Source of the DNA: an uncultured bacterium | GTDB lineage: Bacteria; Babelota; Babeliae; Babelales; Babelaceae | DNA length: 64,000 nt | NCBI GenBank assembly: GCA_963717435.1 | Contig: OY970332.1 | Span: 992,001-1,056,000 of the forward strand | Direction: 5' to 3' | Part shown: positions 19,562-30,472 of the stretch, one piece after another | How positions within the stretch are numbered: the first letter of the stretch is position 1 | Layout: every line of letters begins with the position of its first letter | The notes under the pieces: generated by a model | Databases searched by the model: none | The model's input: the letters and a program-made list of their open reading frames with translations, nothing else | Told to the model about the DNA's origin: nothing | Translations under genes and position numbers: made by a program

Positions 19562-21592
19562 TTAGAATGATATACCGCCTTTTAGTAACACACTCCATTT
19601 GCTCAATCCGCAATATGTGCAATCTCTCTTACTTGCAAATTCACCAGTTGCGCCTAAGCCAAAGAATGGACTCCAGTCGCAATCCCTCCATATATAATTA
19701 ACAAGCCCAAATACTTTATTTGTTAATTCTGAGCAAGCAAGCCCTGAATTTATACTTAAGTATGTTTTAGGGTCGGTGCTGCCGGTAAATGTTACAGGAT
19801 TGTTTGAAGTTTGCGCGATAATTATGCCGTTTGTGTTAACTAATCCGTTTGTAAGCGTATAGTTTGAACCCAAAGTAGTTGCGCTGTTCCAAGTTATGTT
19901 TGTTGTTCCAACTCCGACAGGTGAGCCAACAGCTGCACTTTGTGTCGTTACTGCATTATCGACATTAACAGTTAATGTTGGGGCACACATAGTTGCGCTG
20001 TTTTCAGTTGAATTCAGCAGTTGTTGCGCACCTGCAGCACTTAAAGCATATTCGCCCGCTGCAACTGTTGAGAAGGTATACTGTGTAGAATATAGACCCT
20101 CTGTGCCCTTTATACCAAATACTCTGCCTGAAAGTGTGTCAGCACTTGTTGTGCAACCTGCGTTACAAGGAGCACCGGTAAAGCAGCCCTTTTCTCTTGA
20201 TTTACCATATATGTTATACCCAAGATCAACTTCCCAATTACAATTTCTGTAACAGAACTTCAAACTTGCGTCACCTTCAACTGCAATATCTATTTTCACA
20301 CTGCGTGTGTTAAAATTAATAGCATTTATAAATGTCCCTAATGGGGTAACTCCGTCTGTGTTAAACTCTTTAAGTAGTAGATATCTGCTCATAGGGTTGC
20401 AACCATAAGGTGCAGATGTTGTACTTGAATTTAAGAAATCAAAAGAACGTGTTTGTGTATCTTTAAAATAATGAACAACGTTGCCTTCTAGCCAAACAGA
20501 TAGTGACTGATCGCAGTTGTCTTCCCAAAGAACATAGTGGGTTGTCAAACCGCCACCAAGTTTCCACTGGTGCGTACCTACAACTGGTTCAAAAACAAAT
20601 TCGCCTGAAGGTCTTGGGCCAGTTGGAGCAACAGCTTGAATATAAAGACCAAAATGTCCACACTCGGAACTCCAGAAATCGTAACCCAATATCATATCAA
20701 GATCGGCAATACCGCCCTTATCTCTTTTGCAGAAATCGAATTTTCCAAATTTCCAAGCTTCTGACATTGCACCAAATTGCATTCCAGAAAGAGCTTGTTG
20801 CAAGCTAGAAAGGCTTTGTGTTGCGCCGGCTGACATATATCCTGCTACAAAAGTGCCCGTTGTGACTAAACTGGCACAAGATGTGTTACATGTTTTTCCA
20901 GATTTGCAATCAGAGCAGGTGCCGTTTGAGCATGAGCTTGAGTTTGAATTAGAATTTGTGTTGCAGCTGCCTTCGTTGCAATCACCAACCAATGCCCATC
21001 GTGTCCAGACAGCAGGTAAGTTAAATCTGAAGTATAAGCCTTCTAACCAAGAATCTAGTCCCAAGTAAAAATTAAAATCCCAAATAAAGTTTTGAATTTT
21101 TGGATTAATCTTTAAAGAAGCGTTTGTTGTTGTTGAAAGACCAAAATAGTCAGCAACTAGGTTGCAGCATCCAGCTGTTCCAGAATTTCCACGATTTGCA
21201 ACCTGTGATCCAACAAAATTTAATTGTGTTGTCCCAAATAATGCTTTTGCTATATTCTTGTCGTTAAAAGATTGTTCATATTGGAACGTCAAAGCTGCGG
21301 TTAAATATGTATCGCAAACATCAAATTTGTGAGTTAAAGTTTGCCAGCCTATAAGTTCTCTTGCAGTATCAGCACCTTGTGGTCTTGGTCTGAAAACTGA
21401 ACTGATAGGGCACGAATTGCATGAAGTTGTACATGAGTTTGTGCAGGATCCATTGCAAGAAGTTGAGTTGCAACTGCCACAGCTTTGCTGCGTGGAACAG
21501 CTATTTGTATTGCAACTATTATCAGCAAATGTTGACGGCGCTGCTGTTGCAAGCACGCTTAGCGCCAAATAAGATTTTAAAATTTTTTTCAT
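19562..21592 (-). CDS. Cys-rich secreted putative outer-membrane beta-barrel protein, paralog 2
   Basis: Signal peptide, two Cys/Ser/Asn-rich segments, family blocks, C-terminus WSVLLKGGISF; AAGGAG RBS. Confidence 0.78.
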   Translation of the reverse strand: MKKILKSYLALSVLATAAPSTFADNSCNTNSCSTQQSCGSCNSTSCNGSCTNSCTTSCNSCPISSVFRPRPQGADTARELIGWQTLTHKFDVCDTYLTAALTFQYEQSFNDKNIAKALFGTTQLNFVGSQVANRGNSGTAGCCNLVADYFGLSTTTNASLKINPKIQNFIWDFNFYLGLDSWLEGLYFRFNLPAVWTRWALVGDCNEGSCNTNSNSNSSSCSNGTCSDCKSGKTCNTSCASLVTTGTFVAGYMSAGATQSLSSLQQALSGMQFGAMSEAWKFGKFDFCKRDKGGIADLDMILGYDFWSSECGHFGLYIQAVAPTGPRPSGEFVFEPVVGTHQWKLGGGLTTHYVLWEDNCDQSLSVWLEGNVVHYFKDTQTRSFDFLNSSTTSAPYGCNPMSRYLLLKEFNTDGVTPLGTFINAINFNTRSVKIDIAVEGDASLKFCYRNCNWEVDLGYNIYGKSREKGCFTGAPCNAGCTTSADTLSGRVFGIKGTEGLYSTQYTFSTVAAGEYALSAAGAQQLLNSTENSATMCAPTLTVNVDNAVTTQSAAVGSPVGVGTTNITWNSATTLGSNYTLTNGLVNTNGIIIAQTSNNPVTFTGSTDPKTYLSINSGLACSELTNKVFGLVNYIWRDCDWSPFFGLGATGEFASKRDCTYCGLSKWSVLLKGGISF

Positions 21593-21808
21593 TTAAGAAA
21601 CTCCTTAAATATAACTTAAATATATTGGATATATTAGAAAAAATTGTACGTGATATGTTTATTTTTTCTTGTTGATACGTACTCCTCCTTTCGATCTAGT
21701 TGTAGTGGACAATGCGATATAATCTAATCGAAAGAAGTTGCGATTGCAAGCTTCGTAAATAAAAAGCAGATATATTAATATGCAAGATTTAGACGGTGTA
21801 ACTAAGTT

Positions 21809-23569
21809 TTAAAAAGCCAAGCCACCTTTGAGCCAGATACCCCATTGGTCAGCATATTTTTGTTCTTTGGATTTTCCGTTAAACTCAACTTCGCCACCAA
21901 TACCAAGTTGTGGCATAAATCTTACTGCATGCCAAGTGTGACAGAAATTAAAGAACATTTTATAAGTTAAAATACTTTGGGACTCAGCTGATTTTGGATT
22001 AAGATCTTTAACTGATATCAAAACCGGTGGTTGCGAATCAAGTGCAATTGTCGCACTAGAAATTGGGCTGCCCGTAGTTGCAGTGTTATCCCAAGTTACG
22101 TCAACTGTTCCGACAGGGCCTGAAATATTCACCGGATTATCTATACTGCCAGGTGAAGATATGGTTGCATTACTTTCAGTTGAATTTATTTCAGGTGTTT
22201 GTCCGGTCAAGCCACCAAGATTTCCAGAGACCTCGTTATATTGTATTGCACAAACTCCCTGTGTTCCCTTAAAACCGAAAAATCTTTCATCAAGCGAATT
22301 TGTATAATTTTTTATGCATACATGTTCTTGCGTATTTCCATAAATATTAAAACCAAAATCAAATCCAAAATCACAATGATAATAAGAAAGTTTCGCTGAA
22401 AAATCTGCTTTAACTTTAACGTCAACTTGCGCTTCGCGAGTTGCAAAATTTATTGCGTTAATTAAATTACCAATATAATTTCCACTAGAATCAAACTCTT
22501 TTAGCAGCATGTATCTACTAAAAAAGCAGTTGTTCAAAAAGTCAAAAGATCTTTTTTGTGTGTTTGCAAAAAGATGGGTTATATTACCTTCTGCATAAAT
22601 TAATAGTCTTTGTTCAGTGCCCTTTTGCCACAACAAAGTATGTCCGGTTAGACCCAATCCAAACTCCCAGTGCTTACCGTTACCAACAATTGGTGAAAAA
22701 ATAAATTCAGGGTTGGGCAAGTTTCCTGTCGGCACAACTGTCTGTAAATATAAGCCCGCATGATAATCTTCACCTTGCCAGATATTATAACCAAGTATTA
22801 AATCAACATCGGCAACTCGAGTTAAACTTCTTGTGCATTGGGAAAATTTACCATAGGCCCACGGTGTTTTCATATCACCAAATGTTTTTCCACAAAGTGC
22901 ATCAGCAAGTGTCCCGACGCTGTTTGTCGCAGCTTCTGACATATAACATTCTGGAAATTGATCAACTGCCAAATTGGCTGATTGTTCACAACAGCTTGCC
23001 AACTCTTTGCTATTAAAAAGGGTCCATCTTGATATTGTTAGCGGCGCATGAAGCCGGAAATAAAGCCCTTTTGTGATTTTATCCAGCCCCATAAACATTT
23101 CAAAATCCCAAATTATATTTTCTATAGACGGACAAATATTTATAGTTTGCTTATAATCTGTCGGAAGACCAAAATAATCTGCAATTAATGGGCAACAAAG
23201 ATTGGCGCAACTTCTGTTTGTTGTTGTGGTGTAACAGAAATCTGTCCCCGTAAACTGATTCGGAACCTGAGATCCCATAAATGTTAATTTATTTGACCCG
23301 AATATATATTTTGCAATTCTTTGATCTTTAAAAGTTTGTTGATATTCAAAAGCCAGATCTGTTGTTACATAAAAATTACAAGTATCTTTATATATAAACT
23401 CTTGCCAGCCCACGAGTTCTCTTGCAGTATTTGCGCCCTGCGATCTTGGGACAAATATCGAAGTTGGATGAAGAGGCGTCGTATCTGCTTTAAGATTAAA
23501 TAAACTAAAATTTATAGCTATTATTAAAAATAAATTTAAGAATCTAAGAAATTTGTTTTGCATACTCAT
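21809..23569 (-). CDS. Secreted putative outer-membrane beta-barrel protein, paralog 1
   Basis: Signal peptide, FVPRSQGANTARELVGWQ, family blocks, C-terminus WGIWLKGGLAF. Confidence 0.78.
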   Translation of the reverse strand: MSMQNKFLRFLNLFLIIAINFSLFNLKADTTPLHPTSIFVPRSQGANTARELVGWQEFIYKDTCNFYVTTDLAFEYQQTFKDQRIAKYIFGSNKLTFMGSQVPNQFTGTDFCYTTTTNRSCANLCCPLIADYFGLPTDYKQTINICPSIENIIWDFEMFMGLDKITKGLYFRLHAPLTISRWTLFNSKELASCCEQSANLAVDQFPECYMSEAATNSVGTLADALCGKTFGDMKTPWAYGKFSQCTRSLTRVADVDLILGYNIWQGEDYHAGLYLQTVVPTGNLPNPEFIFSPIVGNGKHWEFGLGLTGHTLLWQKGTEQRLLIYAEGNITHLFANTQKRSFDFLNNCFFSRYMLLKEFDSSGNYIGNLINAINFATREAQVDVKVKADFSAKLSYYHCDFGFDFGFNIYGNTQEHVCIKNYTNSLDERFFGFKGTQGVCAIQYNEVSGNLGGLTGQTPEINSTESNATISSPGSIDNPVNISGPVGTVDVTWDNTATTGSPISSATIALDSQPPVLISVKDLNPKSAESQSILTYKMFFNFCHTWHAVRFMPQLGIGGEVEFNGKSKEQKYADQWGIWLKGGLAF

Positions 23570-23669
23570 ACCCTTTTTTAGGTTTTCTTATAGATTAATA
23601 ATATTGATATGTTATTTTATTCAAACAAGTCAATAGACTAGCAAAGATAATTACGAGAGGGATTCAAAA

Positions 23670-24521
23670 TTGATTTTTTTGTTGCTTCTAATAACACAAA
23701 TTATTGTAGAATCTTTGCCAATAAGCAGTTCAGGGCATGTAAAACTAGTAGAAAATATTAGTTTGAAATTATATCCAGAACAGAATTATAATCTTATCCC
23801 AAAATCACTCGAATACTTTTTTCATGGTCCAACAATTTTGATTTTAATAATATTTTTCTTTAAAGATATTATTTATTTACTTTCTAATTTTTCTAAGAAT
23901 TTCGATTTTATTTACTACTGGCTAAGTTTAGTTTTTATCGCAGATTTTATTACTGTAATTTTTTACTTTTTATTTAATTATTTTGAAATTAAAAATATTA
24001 ATTTTATCTCAGGGATTTATTCAAGCTATTTAAGTTATTTCTCAGGATTTATAATTACAATATTTTTATTATTATCACTTAAGTTTTTGCCCAATAATTT
24101 AGCTAATTTAAGTAATTTAAATACTGGTTTAACAAAACTAAGTTATAAACATTCCGTAATTTTGGGAGTTGTTCAGGGAATAAGCCTGCTTCCGGGAATT
24201 TCGCGACTTGCTTCGACTTTTGTTGTTGCCTGCTGGCTCGGGGCAACTTACCAAACTGCTTTTTATTTTTCCTGCGCGATACAGTTCCCGCTCATTTGCG
24301 CCGGTTTTTTAAAGGGCTGCTACTTTGTTTACACCAATCCAACGCTTTTGGCTAATATTCTAAAACCAGCCTGGCTTTTTAGCTCAGTAACTATATTATC
24401 AACCATTATCTCTTATTTTGCTCTGCACACAACTTATCTTTTGCTCATCTCCGGCTACGGCTATTATTTTGGCTATTATATGATAATTCCCGCAGTTTTG
24501 GCCCTTATTTTTAATATTTAG
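23670..24521 (+). CDS. uppP: Undecaprenyl-diphosphate phosphatase (BacA/UppP)
   Basis: ESLPISSSGH and QGISLLPGISR motifs; polytopic membrane protein; TTG start. Confidence 0.88.
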   Translation: MIFLLLLITQIIVESLPISSSGHVKLVENISLKLYPEQNYNLIPKSLEYFFHGPTILILIIFFFKDIIYLLSNFSKNFDFIYYWLSLVFIADFITVIFYFLFNYFEIKNINFISGIYSSYLSYFSGFIITIFLLLSLKFLPNNLANLSNLNTGLTKLSYKHSVILGVVQGISLLPGISRLASTFVVACWLGATYQTAFYFSCAIQFPLICAGFLKGCYFVYTNPTLLANILKPAWLFSSVTILSTIISYFALHTTYLLLISGYGYYFGYYMIIPAVLALIFNI

Positions 24522-24705
24522 CTTTCAAGATTACTAGAATTAACTAATAATACTTAAATTTTTTATACATAAATTATTGCTTGTTTGTAATTCAAACTAG
24601 TAAGCTTGTATTGTATTGGTTGTTTTGCGTTAATATTAATAAAATATATTGGCAATTAACAAGCACAATAGTTTAATTTTTTTTAATTTTAGTTAGGGGA
24701 TTATA

Positions 24706-25653
24706 ATGAAACTTTTAAATTTTATTGGTTTTAACGCAGCTTTATTGCTTATATCTTTTAATGGCATTGCCATGGGTTCAGGAGGTAAAAACTTGCCTCT
24801 TACTGCATTCGATGAAATAGCAAAGAACAGTATCAATTATAACGCGAAAACAGAAGCCCAGATTTTTGCGCTTGCAGATAAATTAGAAAAAGCTGGCGGA
24901 GATAGTTGGAGAGCCATGTATTCTTTTATCAGGTCCTCGGGCAGAAAAAGGGGCCTAACGGGACAAGCTCTTGAAAACTATAATTACGGGCAATTTAAAG
25001 CGGATATAATGAGCGATATTTTAAAAAAGAGAGCGCCCGGGGCAAAAGACTTTGGTCCAGAAATAATTGATCAGGCCATAGATGCTGAGGCTTACAAGTT
25101 CGCTAAATATTATTCCAAAGAATTGCAGAAGGGTTTAGACGAAAAGCTATATGACATGCTTGCTTTTTATCGACTAGGGTCCGATTCTGAGATAACTAAA
25201 AAAATTGAACAAAAAGGCGGCGCATTGTCTTATGTGGAAACATTATTAAAATTTGGAGCTGATCCAAATCATTTGACCAAGTGGGACGAACGTAATCAAA
25301 ATTCTACTATATTTTACTATTTTTTATTTTTTGGTCTGCAGACTTTCAATGTATTAGGAGAAACAAAATCAAAAGAGATACAAGCAAAGCTAAAAACTTT
25401 TGCTAATGAATTTCCTGATGTATTAAAACTTTTATTAAAATATGGGGCAAATCCTGATGTTCAGGATCCACTTCTTAAGGGCAAGACTCTTATGAATTAT
25501 TTAAACGATAAGTTAAAAGAACATCAGGGAGCCATTAAGTTTTATACCGGTATCGGAAACGATGATATGCATACAAAGTTTATTAAAGCGCTAATTAAAA
25601 TTGTTCCTGAAGAACGTGCTAAATATTTGGCGGCTCAAAAAAGTAAAAAATAA
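24706..25653 (+). CDS. Secreted protein with degenerate ankyrin-like repeats
   Basis: Signal peptide; LLKFGADPN and LLLKYGANPDVQD..GKT. Confidence 0.7.
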   Translation: MKLLNFIGFNAALLLISFNGIAMGSGGKNLPLTAFDEIAKNSINYNAKTEAQIFALADKLEKAGGDSWRAMYSFIRSSGRKRGLTGQALENYNYGQFKADIMSDILKKRAPGAKDFGPEIIDQAIDAEAYKFAKYYSKELQKGLDEKLYDMLAFYRLGSDSEITKKIEQKGGALSYVETLLKFGADPNHLTKWDERNQNSTIFYYFLFFGLQTFNVLGETKSKEIQAKLKTFANEFPDVLKLLLKYGANPDVQDPLLKGKTLMNYLNDKLKEHQGAIKFYTGIGNDDMHTKFIKALIKIVPEERAKYLAAQKSKK

Positions 25654-25745
25654 CTTGTAAAACATAACTTTTTTATAAAGTTATTTTGCTCTCTTGCTTT
25701 TTTAATTTTAAACAGGTTAGCCTGTTAAAAAATTAGGGGAGTAGT

Positions 25746-28058
25746 ATGAAGTTCTTCGATTACTTTAAAAAAATATTTTTTGCTTCTTTGTCGATATTAA
25801 CAGGCGCGTTAATATTAGTTTCGATATTATCTTATAACCACAGTGATCCAACATTTTTTTATGACACAAGTGAGCCCGTAGTTATAAATAATCTTGCAGG
25901 GGCGCTGGGCGCAAACTTAGCTGCGATATTATTATATATATTTGGTTTGCCCGCACTTTTATTGGTTTTTGTATTTGCATTTTTTGCCATAATCGCATTC
26001 GGTGTCACCAATTTTAAAAACGAGTGGGATAGAATAGTTGGCCTATTTGTTTTAATTTTGGCAAGTTCGATTTTATCAAGATTAATAGGCTTTGAGTTTT
26101 TCAAGTCTGTCTCACCTGGTGGATTTGTGGGTTTTTTTGTTACAAAAAACTTAGAACTTAAAGATCCGATATATTCATATTTGCTTGTATATTCTATGTT
26201 GTCGTGTTCGCTTGTACTTATATTTAGATTCTCTTGGATCACCAGATTTAAGCTTAACTTTAATATTTTGAAATATTTGGGGATATCTGGGTATCTAGAA
26301 TCTTTAAAAAATAAAATTAAAGATATTTATGGATCTGGTTGGGACTACTCTTATCTCTTTTGGAACAAAGTTTATTTAAAGACCCAAGATGATTCAACAA
26401 AAGTTGCTGCAAATATTAAAGATGTTTTAATTGCGGCGCAAGAAATTGCCAGCAATAAAACTACTGACTTTTTGGGCGCTATTCAGCAAAATTTTTCTGG
26501 AAATATGGGAATTAATTCCCCGGTAGGCGACAACTCTTTTGGCGAAAACTTAAAAGATAATAATAAACTTGAAAAAATTAATTTTGATTTTGATGGCGCA
26601 GATTTAAGCTTAGATAAAAATTTTGATAAAAACTTTTTAGATTCAGAAAAAAAAGATTATATTCTGCCCGATACAACTCTGCTTGATGTTCCTGCACAAA
26701 CTTTTACTAACTTAATTGCAATAGAGCGGGAAAGTGAAAAACGGGCAGCAGTTTTACAAGAAAAATTAGAATGCTTTGGTATTAACGGCAAAATAAGAAC
26801 AGTAACTGTCGGTCCTGTTGTAACACTATTTGAATATCAGCCGAGTTTGGACACAAAAATTAGTAATATTTTGGCCCGCGAAAATGATCTAGCGTTGGCG
26901 CTTCAGGCCGTTAGTCTAAGAATTATAGCACCGATTCCAGGAAAATCTGTTGTCGGATTTGAAGTCGCAAACTTAACAAGAAAGCCCGTGCTCTTTTCAG
27001 AAGGGGCACAATCAGAAGCTTTTATTAAGTTCAGGGGCAAACTGCCAATTCTTTTGGGAAAATCTACCAAAGGGGTCGATACTGTAATAGATCTTGCAAC
27101 AACGCCCCACTTGTTGGTTGCCGGTTCAACAGGTGCGGGTAAATCTGTTGCGTTAAATACTATGCTGATTAGTTTGCTTTTCAAATTAAAGCCGTCAGAA
27201 TTAAAACTTATTTTGATAGATCCCAAGCGCTTAGAGTTTGCATCTTACGTAGATATTCCGCACTTAATGTTCCCAGTTATCAATGACGTTCAAGAGGCGA
27301 TAGCCGCGTTGCATTTTGTTGTGACACTTATGGACGAACGATATAAAAAGATGGCGGCCCACGGCGTAAGAAATATTGATGAGTATAATAACTTGGCAGA
27401 AGAACAAACTAACCCGGACACAAAATTAAACACTATGCCATTCTTGGTTGTAGTGATAGACGAACTTGCTGATCTTATGATCAAAGCCGGCAGAGATGTC
27501 GAATATCTTATTGTAAGAATTTCCCAAATGGCTCGCGCTGCTGGGATTCATATGATTGTTGCAACACAAAGACCGTCAGTTGATGTCGTGACGGGTCTAA
27601 TAAAAGTTAACTTTACAAGTAGAGTCGCATTTAAAGTAACCTCAAAAATAGATTCAAGAACAATACTTGACTGCTCAGGTGCTGATAAGCTCTTGGGTAA
27701 AGGCGACATGTTGTATCTAGACACCCAGGGTAACTTAAACAGACTCCACGGTTTTTATACAAGTAATAAAGAGATAGAAAATATTATCGAATTTATAAAA
27801 TCACAACAAGAACCTGATTATTCCCATTTAGAGCCACAATTGCAACAGATTGGTTCTATAGAAAAATCTGCGCAAGATGACATGCTGCTAACACAAGTTG
27901 TCGAATTTATTAAATCTCGTGACGAAGTCTCAATATCTCTTTTGCAAAGACAGTTTAAAATAGGATATAATAAGTCTGCACGCATAATGGAAATGTTAGA
28001 ATCTCAGGGGCACATAGCTCCGCAAACTACAGGCAAAATGCGTAAGGTTATTCACTAA
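25746..28058 (+). CDS. ftsK: DNA translocase FtsK
   Basis: 4TM N-terminus, PHLLVAGSTGAGKS, IDELADLM, ATQRPSVDV, gamma domain SISLLQRQFKIGYNKSAR. Confidence 0.96.
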   Translation: MKFFDYFKKIFFASLSILTGALILVSILSYNHSDPTFFYDTSEPVVINNLAGALGANLAAILLYIFGLPALLLVFVFAFFAIIAFGVTNFKNEWDRIVGLFVLILASSILSRLIGFEFFKSVSPGGFVGFFVTKNLELKDPIYSYLLVYSMLSCSLVLIFRFSWITRFKLNFNILKYLGISGYLESLKNKIKDIYGSGWDYSYLFWNKVYLKTQDDSTKVAANIKDVLIAAQEIASNKTTDFLGAIQQNFSGNMGINSPVGDNSFGENLKDNNKLEKINFDFDGADLSLDKNFDKNFLDSEKKDYILPDTTLLDVPAQTFTNLIAIERESEKRAAVLQEKLECFGINGKIRTVTVGPVVTLFEYQPSLDTKISNILARENDLALALQAVSLRIIAPIPGKSVVGFEVANLTRKPVLFSEGAQSEAFIKFRGKLPILLGKSTKGVDTVIDLATTPHLLVAGSTGAGKSVALNTMLISLLFKLKPSELKLILIDPKRLEFASYVDIPHLMFPVINDVQEAIAALHFVVTLMDERYKKMAAHGVRNIDEYNNLAEEQTNPDTKLNTMPFLVVVIDELADLMIKAGRDVEYLIVRISQMARAAGIHMIVATQRPSVDVVTGLIKVNFTSRVAFKVTSKIDSRTILDCSGADKLLGKGDMLYLDTQGNLNRLHGFYTSNKEIENIIEFIKSQQEPDYSHLEPQLQQIGSIEKSAQDDMLLTQVVEFIKSRDEVSISLLQRQFKIGYNKSARIMEMLESQGHIAPQTTGKMRKVIH

Positions 28059-28084
28059 AATATCAGATCTAATGTGGAGTTCAG

Positions 28085-29485
28085 ATGCAGTTCGGGCAAG
28101 AGTTTTTTGCTTCAGTTCTAAAAGAAGCTGAGTTTTATGGCGCCAAAATGCCACAACCGGCTTTTTTTTGTGTAGATTCTAGAAAAATAAAACCTAATAA
28201 TATATTTGTGGCGATTAATGGCCAGAAATCAGACGGGCATGATTTTATAGAAAATTCAATAAATTTGGGCGCCGGTGGAATTATAATCTCCGAAACTCGT
28301 CAAGACGTGCTTGCAAAATTAACTGAAGATCAGAAAAAAAATTTGTTTATAGCTGTCGTCAAAGATCCACAATCAGCGTTAATTAAACTTGCAACAGAAT
28401 GGCGATTAAAGTTTAATATCCCAATTATTGGCATTACAGGCTCCGTGGGTAAAACTTCAACAAAACAGATTTTGAGTAACATCTGTGATGCTGCCGGGAT
28501 AAATTATATGTCTGCGGAGGGGAACCAAAATACCGCCCTTGGAATATCTATGAATATGTTGAAAATAACTGATCAACATAAACTGGCAATATTTGAGATG
28601 GGTATAAGCAAACCCGGGGAGATGGCGCGCATGGCACAAGTTGTTAAGCCAACCATTGGTGTTATAACTTGTATCGGGCACAGCCACATGGAAGGTTTGG
28701 GCTCACTTTCTGATATAGCAGGCGAAAAGCGTGAAATATTTAAATATTTTAATGACAATAATTTTGGCATAATTAACGGCGATCAGCCAGTTTTGTCTGC
28801 AATATCTTATAACCACCAGATAGTTAAATTCGGCCAGAAAACCTCAAATCAGATTCAGGCCAGAAAAATAAATATAAGCAGTGATAGTTTAACTTTTGTG
28901 CTTAAACTGTATAATAAAAAATATAATATAGCTCTGGACAGTAATAATAAAGCACGTGTTATGAACGCACTTTCTGCCAGTTCTGTAGCGCATGTCTTGG
29001 GCATAAAAGACGAGTTTATAATAACTGGTATCACTAAGCCATTAAGTATACCAGGCAGATTCGATAAAAAACTGCTAAAAAACGGGACCGGCGAAATTGT
29101 TGGCGAGATTATTAACGACGCCTATAACGCAAGCCCTGAAAGCATGAAAGCTGCGCTTGAAGCGTTTGATAAAATTAATTTTAATGGGCAAAAAATAGCA
29201 GTTATTGGCGATATGTTAGAACTTGGTGTTAATAGCTCTTTCTGGCACCGTCAAATTGGAAGATTTTTAAAAAGATTGCCTTCAGTTAATCAAGTGTTGC
29301 TGGTAGGCAACCAGGTTAAATGGGCACAAAAAACAGCCCCGATAAATATTAAAATCGATTGCGTGTTAAATTGGCAAGAAGCTGTTAAAATATTAAATAA
29401 TAAGTTAAATAAAAACTCTTTGGTTCTTGTAAAAGCATCGCAGGGTATGCAATTACAAAAACTTGTGGAAGAATTCTCTCAATGA
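28085..29485 (+). CDS. murF: UDP-N-acetylmuramoyl-tripeptide--D-Ala-D-Ala ligase
   Basis: DSR, GITGSVGKTSTK, INDAYNASPESM, GDMLELG, LVKASQGM. Confidence 0.94.
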   Translation: MQFGQEFFASVLKEAEFYGAKMPQPAFFCVDSRKIKPNNIFVAINGQKSDGHDFIENSINLGAGGIIISETRQDVLAKLTEDQKKNLFIAVVKDPQSALIKLATEWRLKFNIPIIGITGSVGKTSTKQILSNICDAAGINYMSAEGNQNTALGISMNMLKITDQHKLAIFEMGISKPGEMARMAQVVKPTIGVITCIGHSHMEGLGSLSDIAGEKREIFKYFNDNNFGIINGDQPVLSAISYNHQIVKFGQKTSNQIQARKINISSDSLTFVLKLYNKKYNIALDSNNKARVMNALSASSVAHVLGIKDEFIITGITKPLSIPGRFDKKLLKNGTGEIVGEIINDAYNASPESMKAALEAFDKINFNGQKIAVIGDMLELGVNSSFWHRQIGRFLKRLPSVNQVLLVGNQVKWAQKTAPINIKIDCVLNWQEAVKILNNKLNKNSLVLVKASQGMQLQKLVEEFSQ

Positions 29486-30378
29486 CAAAAATAGAAAACA
29501 AAGTTTATCACAAATCTGTATTGGTTGATGAAGTAGTTAAATATTTGGCGCCAAAACCGGGCGGGGTATACGTTGACTGTACTTTTGGTGGTGGCGGTCA
29601 TACCCGCGCAATACTTCAAGCGGAACCAAAATGTAAAGTTATAGCGTTTGATTGGGATAAAGTTGCCATAGAAAAAAATGGACCAGCATTGCTTGAAGAA
29701 TTTGGGAATAGACTAGAGATTGTCTGGGGAAATTTTTCACATATATATTATCTTTTAAAAGATATGGGAATTAAAGAAGTCGACGGGATTTTAGCAGATT
29801 TTGGTACTTCCCAGTATCAAATAACTGAACAAGCCGGATTTTCATTTTCAAGGGAAACCCCACTTGATATGCGAATGTCTGTCTCCCATGGTCAAGTTAC
29901 CGCATATTGGTATGTTAACAGGGCACCAGAAAGTGACTTAGTATCTATATTTAGTGAATATGGGCAAGAAAGATATTCACGACGAATAGCCCGTGCAATT
30001 TGTGAATACAGACAACACAAAGATATCAAAACCACTTTGGATCTGGCTGAAATTATAAAACGGGCCGTTCCAAGTTATAAATCAAAAATCCACCCTGCAA
30101 CCAGAGTGTTTCAGGCTTTAAGAATTGTTGTAAATAAAGAACTTGAACATATAAAAACTTTGTTATTACAGTCTGTTAATACACTTTCAAATAACGGCAG
30201 AATAGTTTGCATCAGTTTTCATTCATTAGAAGACAGAATTGTTAAGCAGTTCTTTAAAGAACATAAATCAGAATTTGAAATTTTGACGCCAAAAGTGGTG
30301 GTGCCGACAGAAGAAGAAGTGCACCGAAATCCATCTTCCAGAAGCTCAAAGCTGCGCGCCGCCGAACGGCATAAATAG
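29482..30378 (+). CDS. rsmH: 16S rRNA m4C1402 methyltransferase
   Basis: HKSVL, DCTFGGGGH, PLDMRM, HPATRVFQALRI, SFHSLEDRIVK. Confidence 0.96.
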   Translation: MTKIENKVYHKSVLVDEVVKYLAPKPGGVYVDCTFGGGGHTRAILQAEPKCKVIAFDWDKVAIEKNGPALLEEFGNRLEIVWGNFSHIYYLLKDMGIKEVDGILADFGTSQYQITEQAGFSFSRETPLDMRMSVSHGQVTAYWYVNRAPESDLVSIFSEYGQERYSRRIARAICEYRQHKDIKTTLDLAEIIKRAVPSYKSKIHPATRVFQALRIVVNKELEHIKTLLLQSVNTLSNNGRIVCISFHSLEDRIVKQFFKEHKSEFEILTPKVVVPTEEEVHRNPSSRSSKLRAAERHK

Positions 30379-30404
30379 TTTTTGTTAGCAGTTTTTTTAC
30401 GTAA

Positions 30405-30433
30405 TTGACAACGCTGGTTAAACTCTCTAGAAT
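30405..30433 (+). promoter_or_regulatory. Sigma70-type promoter for spoVG/tRNA-Gln
   Basis: TTGACA-17 bp-TAGAAT. Confidence 0.7.
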
Positions 30434-30472
30434 GAGACCAATTGTTTCGATTACTAAAAAAGGATTGCTACG

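Noticed and set aside
16944-21592. Identical length (676 aa) of paralogs 2 and 3 as a sign of exact duplication or misassembly
   Set aside because: The sequences are clearly divergent with different inserts; the equal length is coincidental
17221-23503. Numerous + strand ORFs opposite the barrel paralogs (and similar short antisense ORFs elsewhere)
   Set aside because: Antisense shadows of real genes with no recognisable motifs
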